Shown in pieces: positions 1 through 12,701 of a DNA stretch of 64,000 nucleotides. The DNA lies in the NCBI GenBank assembly GCA_963749495.1, contig CAVVMW010000010.1:640001-704000 (forward strand), given 5' to 3'. Positions within the stretch are counted from its first letter, which is position 1; each line of letters opens with the position of its first letter. The notes below the pieces were generated by a model. The model did not search any database, was not told where the DNA came from, and saw only the letters and a list, made by a program, of their open reading frames with translations. Origin of the DNA: an uncultured bacterium (GTDB lineage Bacteria; Verrucomicrobiota; Verrucomicrobiia; Limisphaerales; UBA8199). The position numbers and the translations under genes are program-made.

Positions 1-279
1 TTCAAAGCGGAGCTGTTGGCGCAGGTGCATGAGCGGCGCGGAGACCATTACGGAGCGGAGTTGCGGGAAGCGGACGCGGCTCACGCCGAAGGTGTGGTGT
101 AAGCGGAGCTGCGACGCCGGGGTTGGACGGAGATGGAACTGGAGCGGCGGCGCAAGGGCGATATGGAAAAGGTGGAGATCGCCTGGCGGTTACGGCAGGG
201 AACGACCATGACCCTGAAAGGGATCGCGGGGCGCCTCAGGATGGGAACCTGGACCTACCTCTCCAATTGCCTGGTTTAG
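1..279 (+). pseudogene. C-terminal remnant of a REP-associated-type (Y1/RAYT-like) transposase
   Basis: Frame 1 reads ...ELRRRGWTEMELERRRKGDMEKVEIAWRLRQGTTMTLKGIAGRLRMGTWTYLSN, resembling the C-terminal HTH of verrucomicrobial Y1 transposases (recalled family pattern). In-frame TAA at 100-102; cut by the window edge. Confidence 0.55.
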
Positions 280-342
280 AGACGAATGTAAAAATGTATG
301 ACCGACCGCTTTTCGCGAGTGTATTGCCGCCAGAGGCGATGG

Positions 343-1088
<746 letters not shown>

Positions 1089-1584
1089 AAGAATTACTGA
1101 TAGACATTTGCTTTCCCACCGCGCCGCCGGTTGTTCACGCTTCGCGGGTGAGGGAGAACTGGCTTCCAGTCTCGCTCATTTTCTTTCCATCTTGTCAGAC
1201 GGGGACGAGGCTGTCAACCGGCGAATGTTGCCGCTGCGATTCAGCGATTCAGACAGTGGGGGAGGGGGTTGGCAACCGGTTTCACCCAGGGGGGCGAGAA
1301 TCCAATGGCGGAGGTGGATGACGGGGAATCTGGGCGGGGGCGCCAAGCGATTGGCTACCTGGCTGGATCGGCGCGCGAGCAGTACCGGCCCATGAGCCTC
1401 TGGCCGAGGTGACGGCCGGAGACCCCGGCTGCGGACCAGGCTGATGCAACCTAATTCAGGACGGCGAGGCTCACGGGGCAGCGCGAACGTGCTCCAGGGG
1501 GGCGAGCAGGCTTTCCTGGAGGCGTTGGTTCGACCGCCAAATCTCCCCCTTGCCAACGGACCGGTTAGCTTGTTTAATCTCGGC

Positions 1585-2935
1585 GTGGTACAGCAGCAAA
1601 CACTCAATCGTCCCGTGAGTTATTCCGGCGTTGGTCTGCACAGCGGAAACCGGGTGACGATGACTTTTGTGCCGGCGCCGCCCGTCAGCGGAATTCGTTT
1701 CCGGCGGGTCAACCTCGAAGGCAAGCCGGAAATCGAGGCGCGGGTCGAGAACGTCGTCGGGAACAACCGCTCGACGACCCTGGCCAAGGGGAACACGCGC
1801 ATCCACACTGTGGAGCACGTGTTGGCGACGTTTTCGGGCTACGGCATCGATAATGCCGTGGTCGAGTTGGATGCGAACGAGCCGCCGGTGGCGGACGGCA
1901 GCGCGCGCGAGTATTGCCGGATGGTGCAGGAGGCGGGGGTGGTGCCCCAGGAGGAGCGCCGCCAGCCATACGTGGTCGAGGTTCCCCTCCAACTCCAGAT
2001 GGGGGACACGACGATGGGGCTGTTCCCGGACGAGGCTTTCCGCATCACCTGCACGAGCGCCGACAAGCAGGGACGGTTCACGCAACATTACAGCGTCGAG
2101 GTCAACCCCCAGAACTGGGAACGCGAACTGGCGCATGCCCGGACCTTCTGTTTTTTCGAGGAGATCGAGTTCCTGATTCGCAACGGGCTGATCAAAGGGG
2201 GCAGCCTTGAAAACGCCGTGGTCATCCGCGACGACGCGGTGCTCACGAGCGAACCGTTGCGCTATCCCGAGGAATTCGTGCGGCACAAGATCCTGGACAT
2301 CGTAGGCGACTTGTCCCTCCTGGGCCGGCCCATTCGCGGGCACCTGATTGCGGTCAAACCGGGCCATGCGGCGAATTGCGAACTGGTGAGGCGCATTGCC
2401 GCCCAAATGCGGCGCTCGTTCATGGGAGCGCCGCCGCCCCCTGCCCTGAGCGGCGCGCCGGCCGCTGCGTCTGAGAACAGCGAGAGCGGAGAGCCGACCG
2501 GCGCGATGGACGTGAGCGGAGTGATGCGGCTGGTGCCCCATCGCTATCCGTTCCTGATGGTTCAACCGGGTCCTGACCATCGAAGGCAACCGGATTACGG
2601 CCCTCAAAAACGTCACCATCAACGAACCCTATTTCCAGGGCCATTTCCCCGGTCACCCTATCATGCCGGGGGTCCTGCAGCTCGAGGCCATCGCCCAGGT
2701 GGCCGGCATTATCATGTCCAAACGCATCGAGAACGCCGGCAAACTGGCCTACTTCATGTCCGCCGAACAGGTGAAGTGGCGCAAGCCAGTGGTACCGGGC
2801 GATGTGCTGATGATCGAGGTCGAGTTATACAAGATTCGCGGGAAGATTGGGCGCGCCAAAGGGGTGTGCAAGGTGCGCGGCGAAACCGTGAGCGAGGCCG
2901 AGGTTACGTTCATCGTGGCTGACGCGACGGGTTAG
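1585..2935 (+). CDS. lpxC-fabZ: Bifunctional LpxC-FabZ (lipid A deacetylase / hydroxyacyl-ACP dehydratase), frameshift near 2562
   Basis: QQTL..GVGLHSG, TVEH and HKILDIVGDL (LpxC), then VPHRYPFLM and FQGHFPGHPIMPGVLQLEAIAQ (FabZ). Start placed at GTG 1585. Confidence 0.93.
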
Positions 2936-2998
2936 AGGCGACCCATGCACCCTGAGATCCGGCATTAGCCCTCCTGCGGGCACTAGACCACGCGCTCC

Positions 2999-3500
2999 GT
3001 GATTCATCCCACGGCCATTGTCCATCCCAAGGCACGGATCGGCGACAACTGCGAGATCGGCCCCTACTGCGTCCTCGGCGAGCAGGTTGAACTCGGCGAC
3101 GGCTGCAAGCTCCACTCGCACGTGGTGATTGACGGCTATACCCGCCTGGGGAGCAACAACGAGGTCTTTCCCTTCGCCAGCCTCGGGCTCAAGACGCAGG
3201 ACCTGAAATGGAACGGCGGCTTGACCCGGACGGAAATCGGAGACCACAACACTTTTCGGGAGTATGTCACGGTCAACAGCGCCACCGGCGACGGCGAAAT
3301 AACGCGCATCGGCTCGCACAACCATATCCTGGCCTACGCCCATATCGCCCATAACGTCACGCTCCAGGACCACATCATCATGTCTAATGTCGCCACGCTC
3401 GGCGGACACGTGGTGGTGGAAGATTATGCGGTGGTCGGCGGTCTGGCCGCAGTCCACCAGTTTTGCCGCATCGGCGCGATGTTGATTATCGGCGGACATC
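2999..3500 (+). CDS. lpxA: UDP-N-acetylglucosamine acyltransferase, 3' truncated
   Basis: MIHPTAIVHPKA, hexapeptide repeats, AHIAHN, VHQFCRIG. Stops about 90 aa short of normal length. Confidence 0.9.
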
Positions 3501-3542
3501 CACTACCCGGTTGACTGGGTCCTGCTGCGCGATGCCGCCCCA

Positions 3543-3670
3543 TGCGCATTCCGATGAATTCGGACACCCATTCCAAAAATATTCGGACAGTGTTTCGGAC
3601 AGTTGTCGGAGCGTAGCGACGCTCTGGAATGACTCTTAAGGGGGTGTCCGAATTGAGTCAAGTTTTCCCT
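3543..3670. mobile_element. Orphan IS21-family terminal region
   Basis: Starts TGCGCATTCCG, has three TTCGGACA repeats and an inverted TGTCCGAA, typical of IS21-type ends. No transposase follows. Confidence 0.55.
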
Positions 3671-4027
3671 TCGCTCCAGGACGCTTTTTCGGAGCCGAAG
3701 GCGACGTTTCGGAGGGCCCTGTCGCGCCGTCCGATTCGCGGGGGGCCGGCGAGCGGCGGGGCGGGGCTCCGAGCCATAGCTCGCGGCCCCGCCGGTCGCT
3801 ACGCGTAACGGACTCGCCAGGCCCTGTATGGTGCGGAAATTCATGCAGCAGGACATCGTCGGTCCTTGCTGTCGAACACGTCGGCGAAAGCCGCAGGCCC
3901 GGGAATGAGATTCATCTGGCGAATGCCCAGGCGGCACACCTTTTGTCAGCTGCCGCCAGAGGCTGGCCACCGAGCGGGCTGTGCATGCGGCAGCGGTCGT
4001 CCGCCCAAGTCCTTCGGCTGCAAGCCG

Positions 4028-4320
4028 TCAGGCTGCCTGCTTGAGCGCGTAATGGTTCAGCGCGTAATGGTTCAGGAGGCCGCCCAGAGCCTCATGGCAG
4101 TGCATCTGGGCTGGCCGCGCCGGCACGGCGGGGTAAGCAAAGCCCAGCGGAATGACATTGCCGATCCCTTGGTGTGGACGTTCGGGCGTTGTGACATTCC
4201 TGGATGGTGGCCAGAGAGCGGCGCAGGTGAGGCTCACCCAACAGAATCAGGTTATCGAGCGTCTCGCGGATTTCCCGCACGTGCCGTTGCGCATGAGCAT
4301 TGGCGTCGGGCGCGGACTGC
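4028..4320 (-). pseudogene. Integrase-core (rve-like) transposase C-terminal fragment
   Basis: RETLDNLILLGEPHLRR and RPHQGIGNVIP...LGGLLNHY in two frames. Confidence 0.7.
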
Positions 4321-4334
4321 ACCCGATGCGGATC

Positions 4335-4680
4335 AAGCAAAAGAGTCTTTCACCGCCGGGGCTGCCCGCCAGCACAACGGTCGGTTGGGCAAAGTGGACC
4401 TGTGCCAGGTGGCCACCTGCCTGAGCTTTGTGCATCCGGCCAGCGGGGTATGGACCCTGGTGGACGATGAGTCTGTTTTTGCCGGAGCACTGGTTCAGCC
4501 CCGAGTATGCGGAGTTGCGCCAAGAAGTGGGCGTGCCTGCGCAACGGACTTTCCAGACCAAGCCGCAGTTGGCGCTGGCCATGATCCAGCGAGCGGTGCA
4601 ACAAGGCCTGCCCTTCGAGCGAGTGGCGGCCGACGACCTGTATGGGCGAAACCGCGCTTTTCGCGCCGGATTGGGCCACT
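4335..4680 (+). pseudogene. IS701-family transposase internal fragment
   Basis: ARQHNGRLGKVDLCQV, LFLPEHW, FQTKPQLAL, VAADDLYG. Confidence 0.8.
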
Positions 4681-4934
4681 TGCCCGCGTGGAACCCAGCG
4701 GGGGTCCAACTCAGTCCTCTGGGCGCCACCCAGTGGACCATCGAGTTCATGGGCAAGGAGGGCACAGAAATCTTCTACAAGTACGCCCTCGGTGACTGGT
4801 CATTGGTGGAGAAGGCCGGCGACTGCGGCGAGACCCTCAACCGGACATTGACATTGACCTTTAGCCCCTCCGGCCCACAGGTCGTCAACGACACCGTCGC
4901 CAACTGGCGCAACGTGCCTCCCTGCGGCAACTGA
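4680..4934 (+). pseudogene. C-terminal CBM20-like starch-binding domain fragment
   Basis: WNPAGVQL..QWTI..YKYALGDWSLVEK..NRTL..VNDTVANWR, joined abruptly to the IS701 piece. Confidence 0.6.
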
Positions 4935-4937
4935 TCG

Positions 4938-5290
4938 ATGGAGGCTGCTGCGCTCGGATTCCGCGGGGAGCCATGTCGGTGTCTGGTCCATGACCGGGAC
5001 GCCAGTTTCGCCGCCCTGGACGGAGTATTGAAAACCGAAGCCCTGCGCATCCTCAAGACGCCCCCCGTATGGTGCAGAAATTCATCCGCACGCATCTCTC
5101 ACCATGGCCAGCTTTCGAATTCGCACGATCCGCCCCTGACAGTATGCTGGACTCCGTGAACCAGCAGCCCATGAATTCATCCAATCCGCTGATCACCGAG
5201 GTTCAGAGGCTTTTCAGTCGCGACTTGGCCTCGGAGAACGACTACCTGCGGCAGGAGAACCAAATTCTGCGCAGCAGGTTGGGTCCTCGC
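4938..5290 (+). pseudogene. Two short integrase-core transposase fragments
   Basis: LVHDRDASF..LKTP and ENDYLRQENQILRSRL. Confidence 0.55.
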
Positions 5291-5449
5291 CAGACCGCAC
5301 AGAACGAAAACCAAGGGTGGCGCCCACGGTGGGGTGGCCGCCTGCTCGCCCCCAGCCGACTCCGGCAGAACCAGGAATTCACTTTTTGTCAGCCCTTTTC
5401 CGGGCTTCGGCGATCACAGCCTCGAGCTGGATCCCCAAGACCGAAGTGA

Positions 5450-5775
5450 TTCGAAGAAGGGTGTCTAATTTCAACCTGGGCTTTCTCGGCCTGCCGCGGG
5501 ACCCATTCGGTTCGGTCATGATTTCGAACGTGGGCGGGATGGGGATCAACGTCGCCTGGGCGCCGTTGGTGCCCTACTCGCGGGTCCCGCTCCTCATGAC
5601 CCTGGGTGCGATAACCGACAAGGCCGTCGTCGAAAACGGCGAGGTCAAAGTGCGCCCCATCCTGCCCATCGGCGTCATGTTCGATCATCGTCTCATTGAC
5701 GGCGTCCACGCCGCTCAAATGAGTGCCGAGTTCAAGAAGTGCTTCGCCGAGCCCGCGGAGTATTTTGGAAAGTAG
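5450..5775 (+). pseudogene. 2-oxoacid dehydrogenase E2 acyltransferase C-terminal fragment
   Basis: ISNVGGMG and catalytic FDHRLIDG; no N-terminus. Confidence 0.85.
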
Positions 5776-6275
5776 AGCAGGCGTCGGCCCGCCTCCTTCA
5801 TGGACGTGTGGCCGTCCTCTAGTCCGGTTCGTTGTGCTGGAGATGGCGTTGGAGGCTGATTTGAGGCGAGGGACGATTTGATCTTGGAGTAGAAAACCAG
5901 CTTGAGGGGACATAGGTTTTGGGGGATAAGGGGGGTTTGTACATGAAAAGCCCTCAGCACCTTCAAAAAGGGTGGGGGCGGGGGATGGGCTCTTGGAGTT
6001 AATCCGTTACCCTGAAATCATACCAGCAGCAGGAGGATCGAGGCAGGAGGGGAGGGAGAAGCGCAGGTTTTGACACTTGCACCTATGCCAGGGCTCCAAA
6101 GATCTGCTTGACACCGGTATCCTCCCGTGCGAATGTCGTATAGAAGCATAGATTCGATAAGCACGTCACCGCAGCGGTTTGCTGGTTACACGGTGATGTT
6201 GTTGGGTGGCGAGTTGGTTATCAGAATAGCCCTGGACATTGCGCGATCTAGTCAAGGTGCGCATTTGGTGAAGTT

Positions 6276-9200
6276 ATGACTAAAATAATGGGTTCTTTGG
6301 TTCGGCGTTTGCTGCTTATTTCGGTTCAATTGGTTGTGGTAGTCGCAGGGTTCTTACCTGGATGGGTGGCAAATGATGTTCTGTCAGCAGAATCTACTAA
6401 TGTCACGAAGAATCTTAATAAAATAAAAAAGGCCCTGAATCAGATCGACCGCAATGTCGAAGAGTGGGGCCGGGCTTCGATTTCGGGCTTCGTCCTCATT
6501 GATAACCTTGCTGTAAACGGTGGCCAAGGCTTCTTTAATCTGAATTACAATCAACCTGCGGAGTTTTACATGGATCAGGTGCGGCAAAATGTCCAGGGTG
6601 CGGCCGCCACCTTGGTCCAGAAGACCGTGACGGGCCAATTACAGGTGCAAATGACCCAAAACCAGATTTCACTCGCGCCGACGCCGCCAAAATCCACCAA
6701 TTCGCCGCCGCCTGCAACGAATTCGCCGGCAACTTCGACCACTTCCGCAGCAACTTCGACCAATGCGGTGGCGCCTGCTCTCCCCAACGTTCCGGCACCA
6801 TCGGCGACGAATGGGGGACCAAGCGGTTACCTGAGTCTTCTATCGCAAGCCGACTCGTCGCCGCAACTCTCGCAGAACGACGTGCTCAAGGTGGGGGCGA
6901 CCGACAAAGAAACCGAGCGGGTCCTCAATTTTATGTCGGATCCGCTCAACCTGCCGAACAACCAAAGAGCGTACCTGGCTGTGATGCAGGTGGGCATCTC
7001 GCCCGGCTGGAGGACCAAGAAAGGGTACGTGGGCGAGGTGCAGCTCAACTTCCGATACGGTGCCCCCACCGTTGAAAAGAGAAAACAAAAGCTCATGGAA
7101 CTGGCCAATAAACGGGGGAAACCACCGACCACCCGGGACGGGACGCCGATCACTCCTCAAATGTTGGAGGATGAGGACATGGAGCCGTACGATCCTCTGA
7201 TAAAGGCTCTTGGTTTCCAGGACAGGTATCCTGGCGTCCTTTCTATTTTTCCGTTCGCCGACGCCCAAGCACTTGATTTTCGGAGCAGCCTGCAAAAGCA
7301 ACTGAACCTTCTGGTGCAAGTCTCCTCCTCCTTGCAGACCGTGTCGCCCAAACTGCAGGCGCAACTGCTGGCCAGTTACCAGAACCTGACGCGCCAGGAC
7401 AGCGCCTCGCGGAACCTATTGCCACTGGTCGTTCCCAGTTCGCGTGGCAGCGATGTGACCTACCGGTTCGACCCGGAATTCCAGGCTTTGGAACAGCCAG
7501 GCAACCCGGCCAGCGGTCCGGGCCACGTCCTCGAACCGTCGAGCTTTCCCGCCTTGATCGTGCTCGTCTGCGATGAGGGTGAGGTCATGGATTATAAGGA
7601 GGTCGTCTCCACCACCGAAACGCGCTGGTTGCCCGCCGAGCGCCGAAGTTGGTGGAAGCACTGGTTCTATGATCCGTTGGCGTACCCATGGTCCAGGCCC
7701 GGGAGCCCGCTACAGGATGAAGAGCGATTCAGAACGGCGTCGAATCTCGATCTAATCGAAAACGAACTGAAGGCAATCCACGGCGCGTACACTGGCCCTT
7801 CGGCTGTCTACTCTGAGGCCTGGCGCCGCTTGTCGAACCTGAAGACCTTTGCTGTGGGGCGGATTGACCATAACACGCTCCCGGCGGTGACGCCAGTGGT
7901 GACAGCCGTTTATCCTGCGAGTTTCCGCCGGGATTTTATGCCCCCGAAGATCACTGTCTTTTGCCGGTATGTCGTCGACGCGGATGACTGCAGGACCGAC
8001 CGCCGTTTTCGCCTGAAAAAAGTAACCTTGGGCGGAGTCGTAATGGAGGGTTGTCAGCTCGGGGGCGAGCATCTGATCGAAGTGCCCCTGCCGGGCGACA
8101 GAAGGGACCGGTTCCAACCGGGCAGCTACAATCTAGAAGTGGTCAATGCGGAGGGATCAACGATTCTCAGCAACGCGGTGACGGTTTCCCCGGTTCCCGC
8201 CCCGGTTATCACCGGGGTTTTTCCGACAAACCTGCAGGAAACGGCAACCACTCCACCTGGCCTGCCGTCGCCAGCCGATAAACTCCTTATTGAGCCAGAG
8301 ACGCTGACCATCACTGGGGGCAATTTGTTCGTGGGCGATCAGAGTTTGAGGGTTGTCATTGGCGGGGCGGCCCTTACTGAGGCAACATGCAAGACCACGA
8401 ATTTGCCGACCTCCGTTTCCATAGATAGGCACGACACTTTCCTCCGACTCGATTTAACTGCCAACTGCTTATCAAAACTCAAGACAGGTAAATACAACGT
8501 CGTTGTCGTGACCTCTGGCGGTGAGAGCGTGTTGACCAACGCCTTGGTGATCGCCCCCAAGAAGATCGTCCCAGGCCCGCATGCATTGACGGTTGTTTCG
8601 GTGCATCCGGCGGAGGGCAATCTTTACTCGACGACCACGATCTCAATTGTTGGTTCCAATTTCGACGGAATGATTGGCGGCACTTACTTCCAGGCTAATC
8701 AGGCCGGAGGCAACACTGGCGCAGTCGTGGGCCGGGTGACCGTTGGAGGCGTCAATTGCAGCTTTGAGTACCTGGTCACCCAAGAACCTGGTTGCATATG
8801 TCCCACCACGATCGGCGACCTATTCCACCAATGAGATCACAATGGCCACCAAAAAATTGGAGGTCGTCGTTAGCGGTCCGCACGGCGTTGGAGTCTTGTC
8901 CAATGCCTTCGCCTTTAGCGTGCTGCTGCCGAGAGACGGCGACCTGACCCTGGAAAAACATACGCCTGCGGAAGAGGAATCACAGAGGTTTCTGGATGCG
9001 GCCACGCTCGGTTCACGGGCACCCGGCACCAATGCCGCGCCGACTCCAGGACAGATTTTGACCTCAGCCTCGATCCTGTTTAATGTGAACGGCACCAACG
9101 CAGCCGCCGACTCCGTAACGAGGACGACCACCAGGGTGGGACCGAAAGAAGGCCCTCGTGATGAATACGAACTGCTAAGAGGCCTGTTGGATTCGTTCAG

Positions 9201-9288
9201 GATGCTCATCGAAACGCCCGGGCCTCATGGCTTCCTTCCCGGCTCTGTTCCGAGCGGGCCGACCAATAGTCCTGCACCGCCGCACTGA
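6276..9288 (+). CDS. Large secreted protein with an unknown N-terminal domain and IPT/TIG-like repeats (frameshift near 8772)
   Basis: Hydrophobic signal-like N-terminus, Pro/Thr linker, repeated PVVTAVYP / PVITGVFP / TVVSVHP...GSYNLEVVN / GKYNVVVVT motifs. Confidence 0.7.
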
Positions 9289-9341
9289 GCCGGCCGAGTC
9301 CTTTCAAGGTCCGTCTTTGACCGCATTCGAGGTAATCGACA

Positions 9342-10001
9342 CCCCTGGCCAAAATCGACCTGCGCCTCTTGTCCCGGCTCACTCTCCATCCGCCGGAACG
9401 GCAGGGGATTGGCCGCGTGCAATTGGCGCACAAAGCGCTTCACCGAATCGTAGCTGCCGGCGAACCGCTGCTCGCTCACCAAGTCCTGGTAAATCCGCTG
9501 AGCGGACAAGCGGGCGTCCAAACCTGCTTTGATGAAGCTCTCAAACGGTTCGCAGTGACTGACTCGGCCCGGCTTGGACCCGGCGGGCGAAACGGCTGGG
9601 TTTGGCGGCTGCGTTGGAGGGGTGCTCAGTGCCCTCGTAACCTCCAAGCCGGGAGGCACAATGGCTGGGTTTGCCGGCTGCGCTGGAGAGTTGCTCGGCG
9701 CCTTCGTCGCTTGCGGACCGGCCGGCGCGATGGCTGGTTTTAGTCCTTCGACCGGCCCGGACCCGGCGGGCGAAATGGCCGGGTTTGCCCGCCGGGCTGA
9801 AAGGTTGCTCGGCGCCGTCGGAACCTCCGACCCGGTGGGCGAAATGGCTGGGTTTGGCTCCCCCGCTTGGCGGGCCAATCGCCGGTATCGAGCGACAGTC
9901 TCGCGGTCGATCCCCAGTTCCCGAGCTATCCTGCGCTGTGACCAGCAACTGCGGGTCAACGTGCTAATCGTCTGCTGTATATCCATTTTGAGTTGGTTCA
10001 T
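9342..10001 (-). pseudogene. istA: IS21-family transposase IstA, 3' truncated
   Basis: N-terminal HTH (SQRRIARELGIDRETVARY), AQRIYQDL, GSYDSVKRF, ESEPGQEAQVDFG, then breaks off. Confidence 0.85.
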
Positions 10002-10124
10002 CGCCGCGCAGGGTCATGAAACTGACCCGCCTGCCGGATTCCAGCTTGGCGGAAGCCATCTCCCAGTGGGAGAACAGCTAGTGAAAATCTTGCCGAAGCC
10101 GTCTCGGCTGCTAATATCCAGTGC

Positions 10125-10240
10125 ATGTCCACGGAATCCGAGTATGACGTTTCCCTCAGTCACAACTTGAAGGACAGGGCGGTTGTGCGACCGCTTGCGG
10201 AGGAGTTGCAGCAGAACGGACTGAAAGTGTCGTTCGATGG
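10125..10240 (+). pseudogene. TIR-domain N-terminal fragment
   Basis: YDVSLSHNLKDRAVVRPLAEELQQNGLKVSFD resembles the start of TIR_2 domains. Confidence 0.7.
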
Positions 10241-10249
10241 ATCGGGTGA

Positions 10250-10829
10250 ACTCGTGGTCGCCTCGGATCTCATTGAGGCCATCGGCCAAGGCGTTGCTCC
10301 CCTCAAATGGGTTACGGCCTGTTTCGCCTATGCCGATGACTATGACCGCCAGGCCAAACGCTACCGCGCTCTCCGTTGCGCCCAGCAAGTCGTCGTTACG
10401 GAGGACAGGCAAACTGCCCTCCGCGTGAAGCCGGAAGCCGCCCAAAGTCAGGTCGACGCGGAGAAACCCGCGCCTCCCGCAGGCCAGTCCTCCCAGCCTC
10501 CGGCTCTACCGGCACAACCAGGCGAGGCCGGCAAGGGCGAAGGCCCCGGCCCGGTCATTGAACAAAAACCACCCGGGCCCCTCAAGCCCGAGCGCTTCTT
10601 CGGGTACCGGCGAACTGAACCCCCAGCGAGTCGGTAAGATCGCCGGGAACTCATCCAGCACCTCACCCTCCTCCCCCTCGCCAAGCTCACCATCACCCTC
10701 GAAGTCCAGGCCCAAATCCCGACTGGCGCTCCCGATTTCGTCGTTCGCACCGTCAGCGAAAACGCCCGCACCATCAAATTGTCCACCCACTCGTTCAAGC
10801 TCAAAGAGCAACGAGCTCCCCAAGTATGA
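10250..10829 (+). pseudogene. C-terminus of a DUF499-family protein (frameshifted)
   Basis: FAYADDYD..RY, RFFG, ELIQHL..TITLEVQAQIPTGAPDFVVRTVSENARTIK across frames match the DUF499 tail as recalled. Confidence 0.7.
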
Positions 10830-11931
10830 GCACTGAAGCCATATCCGAATCCGCCTTCATACGGGAATTCACCCGCGAACTGCACAACAGAAACGCCGCC
10901 GTTTTCGCCGGTGCCGGCCTCTCCATGGCCTCAGGCTACGTGGACTGGAAGGGGCTCCTCAAGGACGTCATCACCGACCTCGGCTTAGATCCCGACGAGG
11001 AAGACGACCTCGTAACGCTCGCTCAGTACCACTGCAACCAAGCAGGAGGCAACAAAGCCCGCCTCACCCAAGTCATCTTCGACTATTTCGCCCAAACACG
11101 CGCACCGACCCGCAATCATGCCATCCTCGCGCGTCTCCCCATCTACACGTACTGGACCACGAATTACGACAAGCTGATCGAACAGGCCCTTCTGGCAGCG
11201 AAGAAAATCCCTGATGTCAAGTATACCCTGAAGCAACTGGCCGTGACCCGCCTCGACCGCAACGTCGTAGTTTACAAGATGCACGGTGACGTTGACCACT
11301 CGGCGGAGGCAATCATCTCAAAGACGACTACGAAGCATATCCTGTCAAGATGAACGCGTTTGCTTCGGCCCTACGAGGCGATCTTATCGAGAAGACCTTT
11401 CTCTTCCTGGGCTTCAGTTTCACCGACCCAAATATCGACTACATCCTGAGCCGGGTCCGCGTCCAGTACGAGCAACACGCTCGGCAGCACTTCTCCATCC
11501 AGAAGAGGGTATCCCCGCGGGAGGACGAGACCGAAGCCGAATTCAAGCACCGCCAGTTAAAGCAACACTACTTCATCAGAGATCTGAAGCGCTTTGGCGT
11601 TCAAACCGCTCTGGTTGACGACTATCCCGGCATCGGCATCTTTGTCTTCGGTAACAAACGCGACGCTAAAGGGGACATAGTCCCTTCGAGCGGCATGAGG
11701 CAGGAGTTCGACCTCTGCCTCCAGGTCGGAGTTCGACCGCTTCCCGTCGGGGCCACCGGATTCATGGCCGAGCAACTCTGGAAAGAGGTATCCGGCGACT
11801 TCGCTCGCTTCTACCCCGTCGCGAACGCGGGCTTTCACCAAGCCTTTGACAAAATCGGCACTGCCTCGGCGCACCCCGACGAGATACTCTCAGCCCTCCA
11901 GGAAATGATCCAACAACTCCAGAAACCTTAA
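10826..11931 (+). CDS. thsA: Thoeris effector ThsA (SIR2 plus SLOG), frameshifted and apparently internally deleted
   Basis: FAGAGLS, WTTNYD, YKMHGD, FLFLGFSFTDPN (SIR2); GIFVFGNK..RQEF..PVGATGFMA (SLOG C-terminal half). Directly upstream of a TIR gene. Confidence 0.85.
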
Positions 11932-11938
11932 GTCAGCC

Positions 11939-12522
11939 ATGTCCAAAAGAGTTTACTTCGCCTTTCACTACAAAGGCGTCATCGAGTTCCGTGCGAACGT
12001 CGTGCGCAACCACAACCTTACGGAGGGCGTTGAGAAGGCGGGATATTTCGAAGCCTCCATCTGGGAGGAAGCCAGAAACACCAACCCCCTCGCCCTCAAG
12101 CGCCTCATAAACGCAGAACTTGAAAACACCTCAGTAACCGTCGTGCTTATAGGTTCCGACACCTGGGCACGACCATGGGTCCGGTACGAGATCCTTAGGA
12201 GCATGAAACGCGGGAACAAACTCCTTGGCATCCATATCAACGGAATTAAGGACAAGAACCAGCAAACTAAGGATCTTGGACCAAATCCGTCCGACTTTCT
12301 TTGCTATCGATTCAACGACGCCGGCACCCGCTTGACGATGCTCGAGGTACAATGATTCGGCCTGGGTGGAGTACCGAGGAAATTGACAACTCAGCCACCT
12401 ACGAGGTCAGCACAATTACCGCCCAGGATCGCGGGAAGGCGTTCACACTCTCGCAACAATACCCCGTCTATCGATGGAATCGCGACAAAGGGTATGAGAA
12501 TTTCAGCACTTGGATTGAATAA
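11939..12522 (+). CDS. thsB: Thoeris ThsB-like TIR protein (DUF1863), frameshift near 12350
   Basis: RVYFAFHY, RANVVRN, TSVTVVLIGSDTWARPWVRYEI, GYENFSTWIE. Confidence 0.85.
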
Positions 12523-12701
12523 TGTCGTCACTCCTCGAATCCCAAGTCCGCGCTCGCGCACAGCGGGCAACAACCTACAACACGACCCGCTCAAACCACC
12601 ACGGACATCAAGGGCAAAACGGGATGATGAGCTGGTGTAGTCTGTACAACTCCGCAGCTTCAAGGAGCTGATGGAGGGTAAAGGCAGTGAATAGTCGGCC
12701 T

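Noticed and set aside
9570..9860. Spaced repeats as a CRISPR array
   Set aside because: Degenerate, in frame within istA, spacers related to each other, and no cas genes.
10026..10037. CCCGCCTGCCGG upstream of istA as a palindrome variant
   Set aside because: The second arm is absent.
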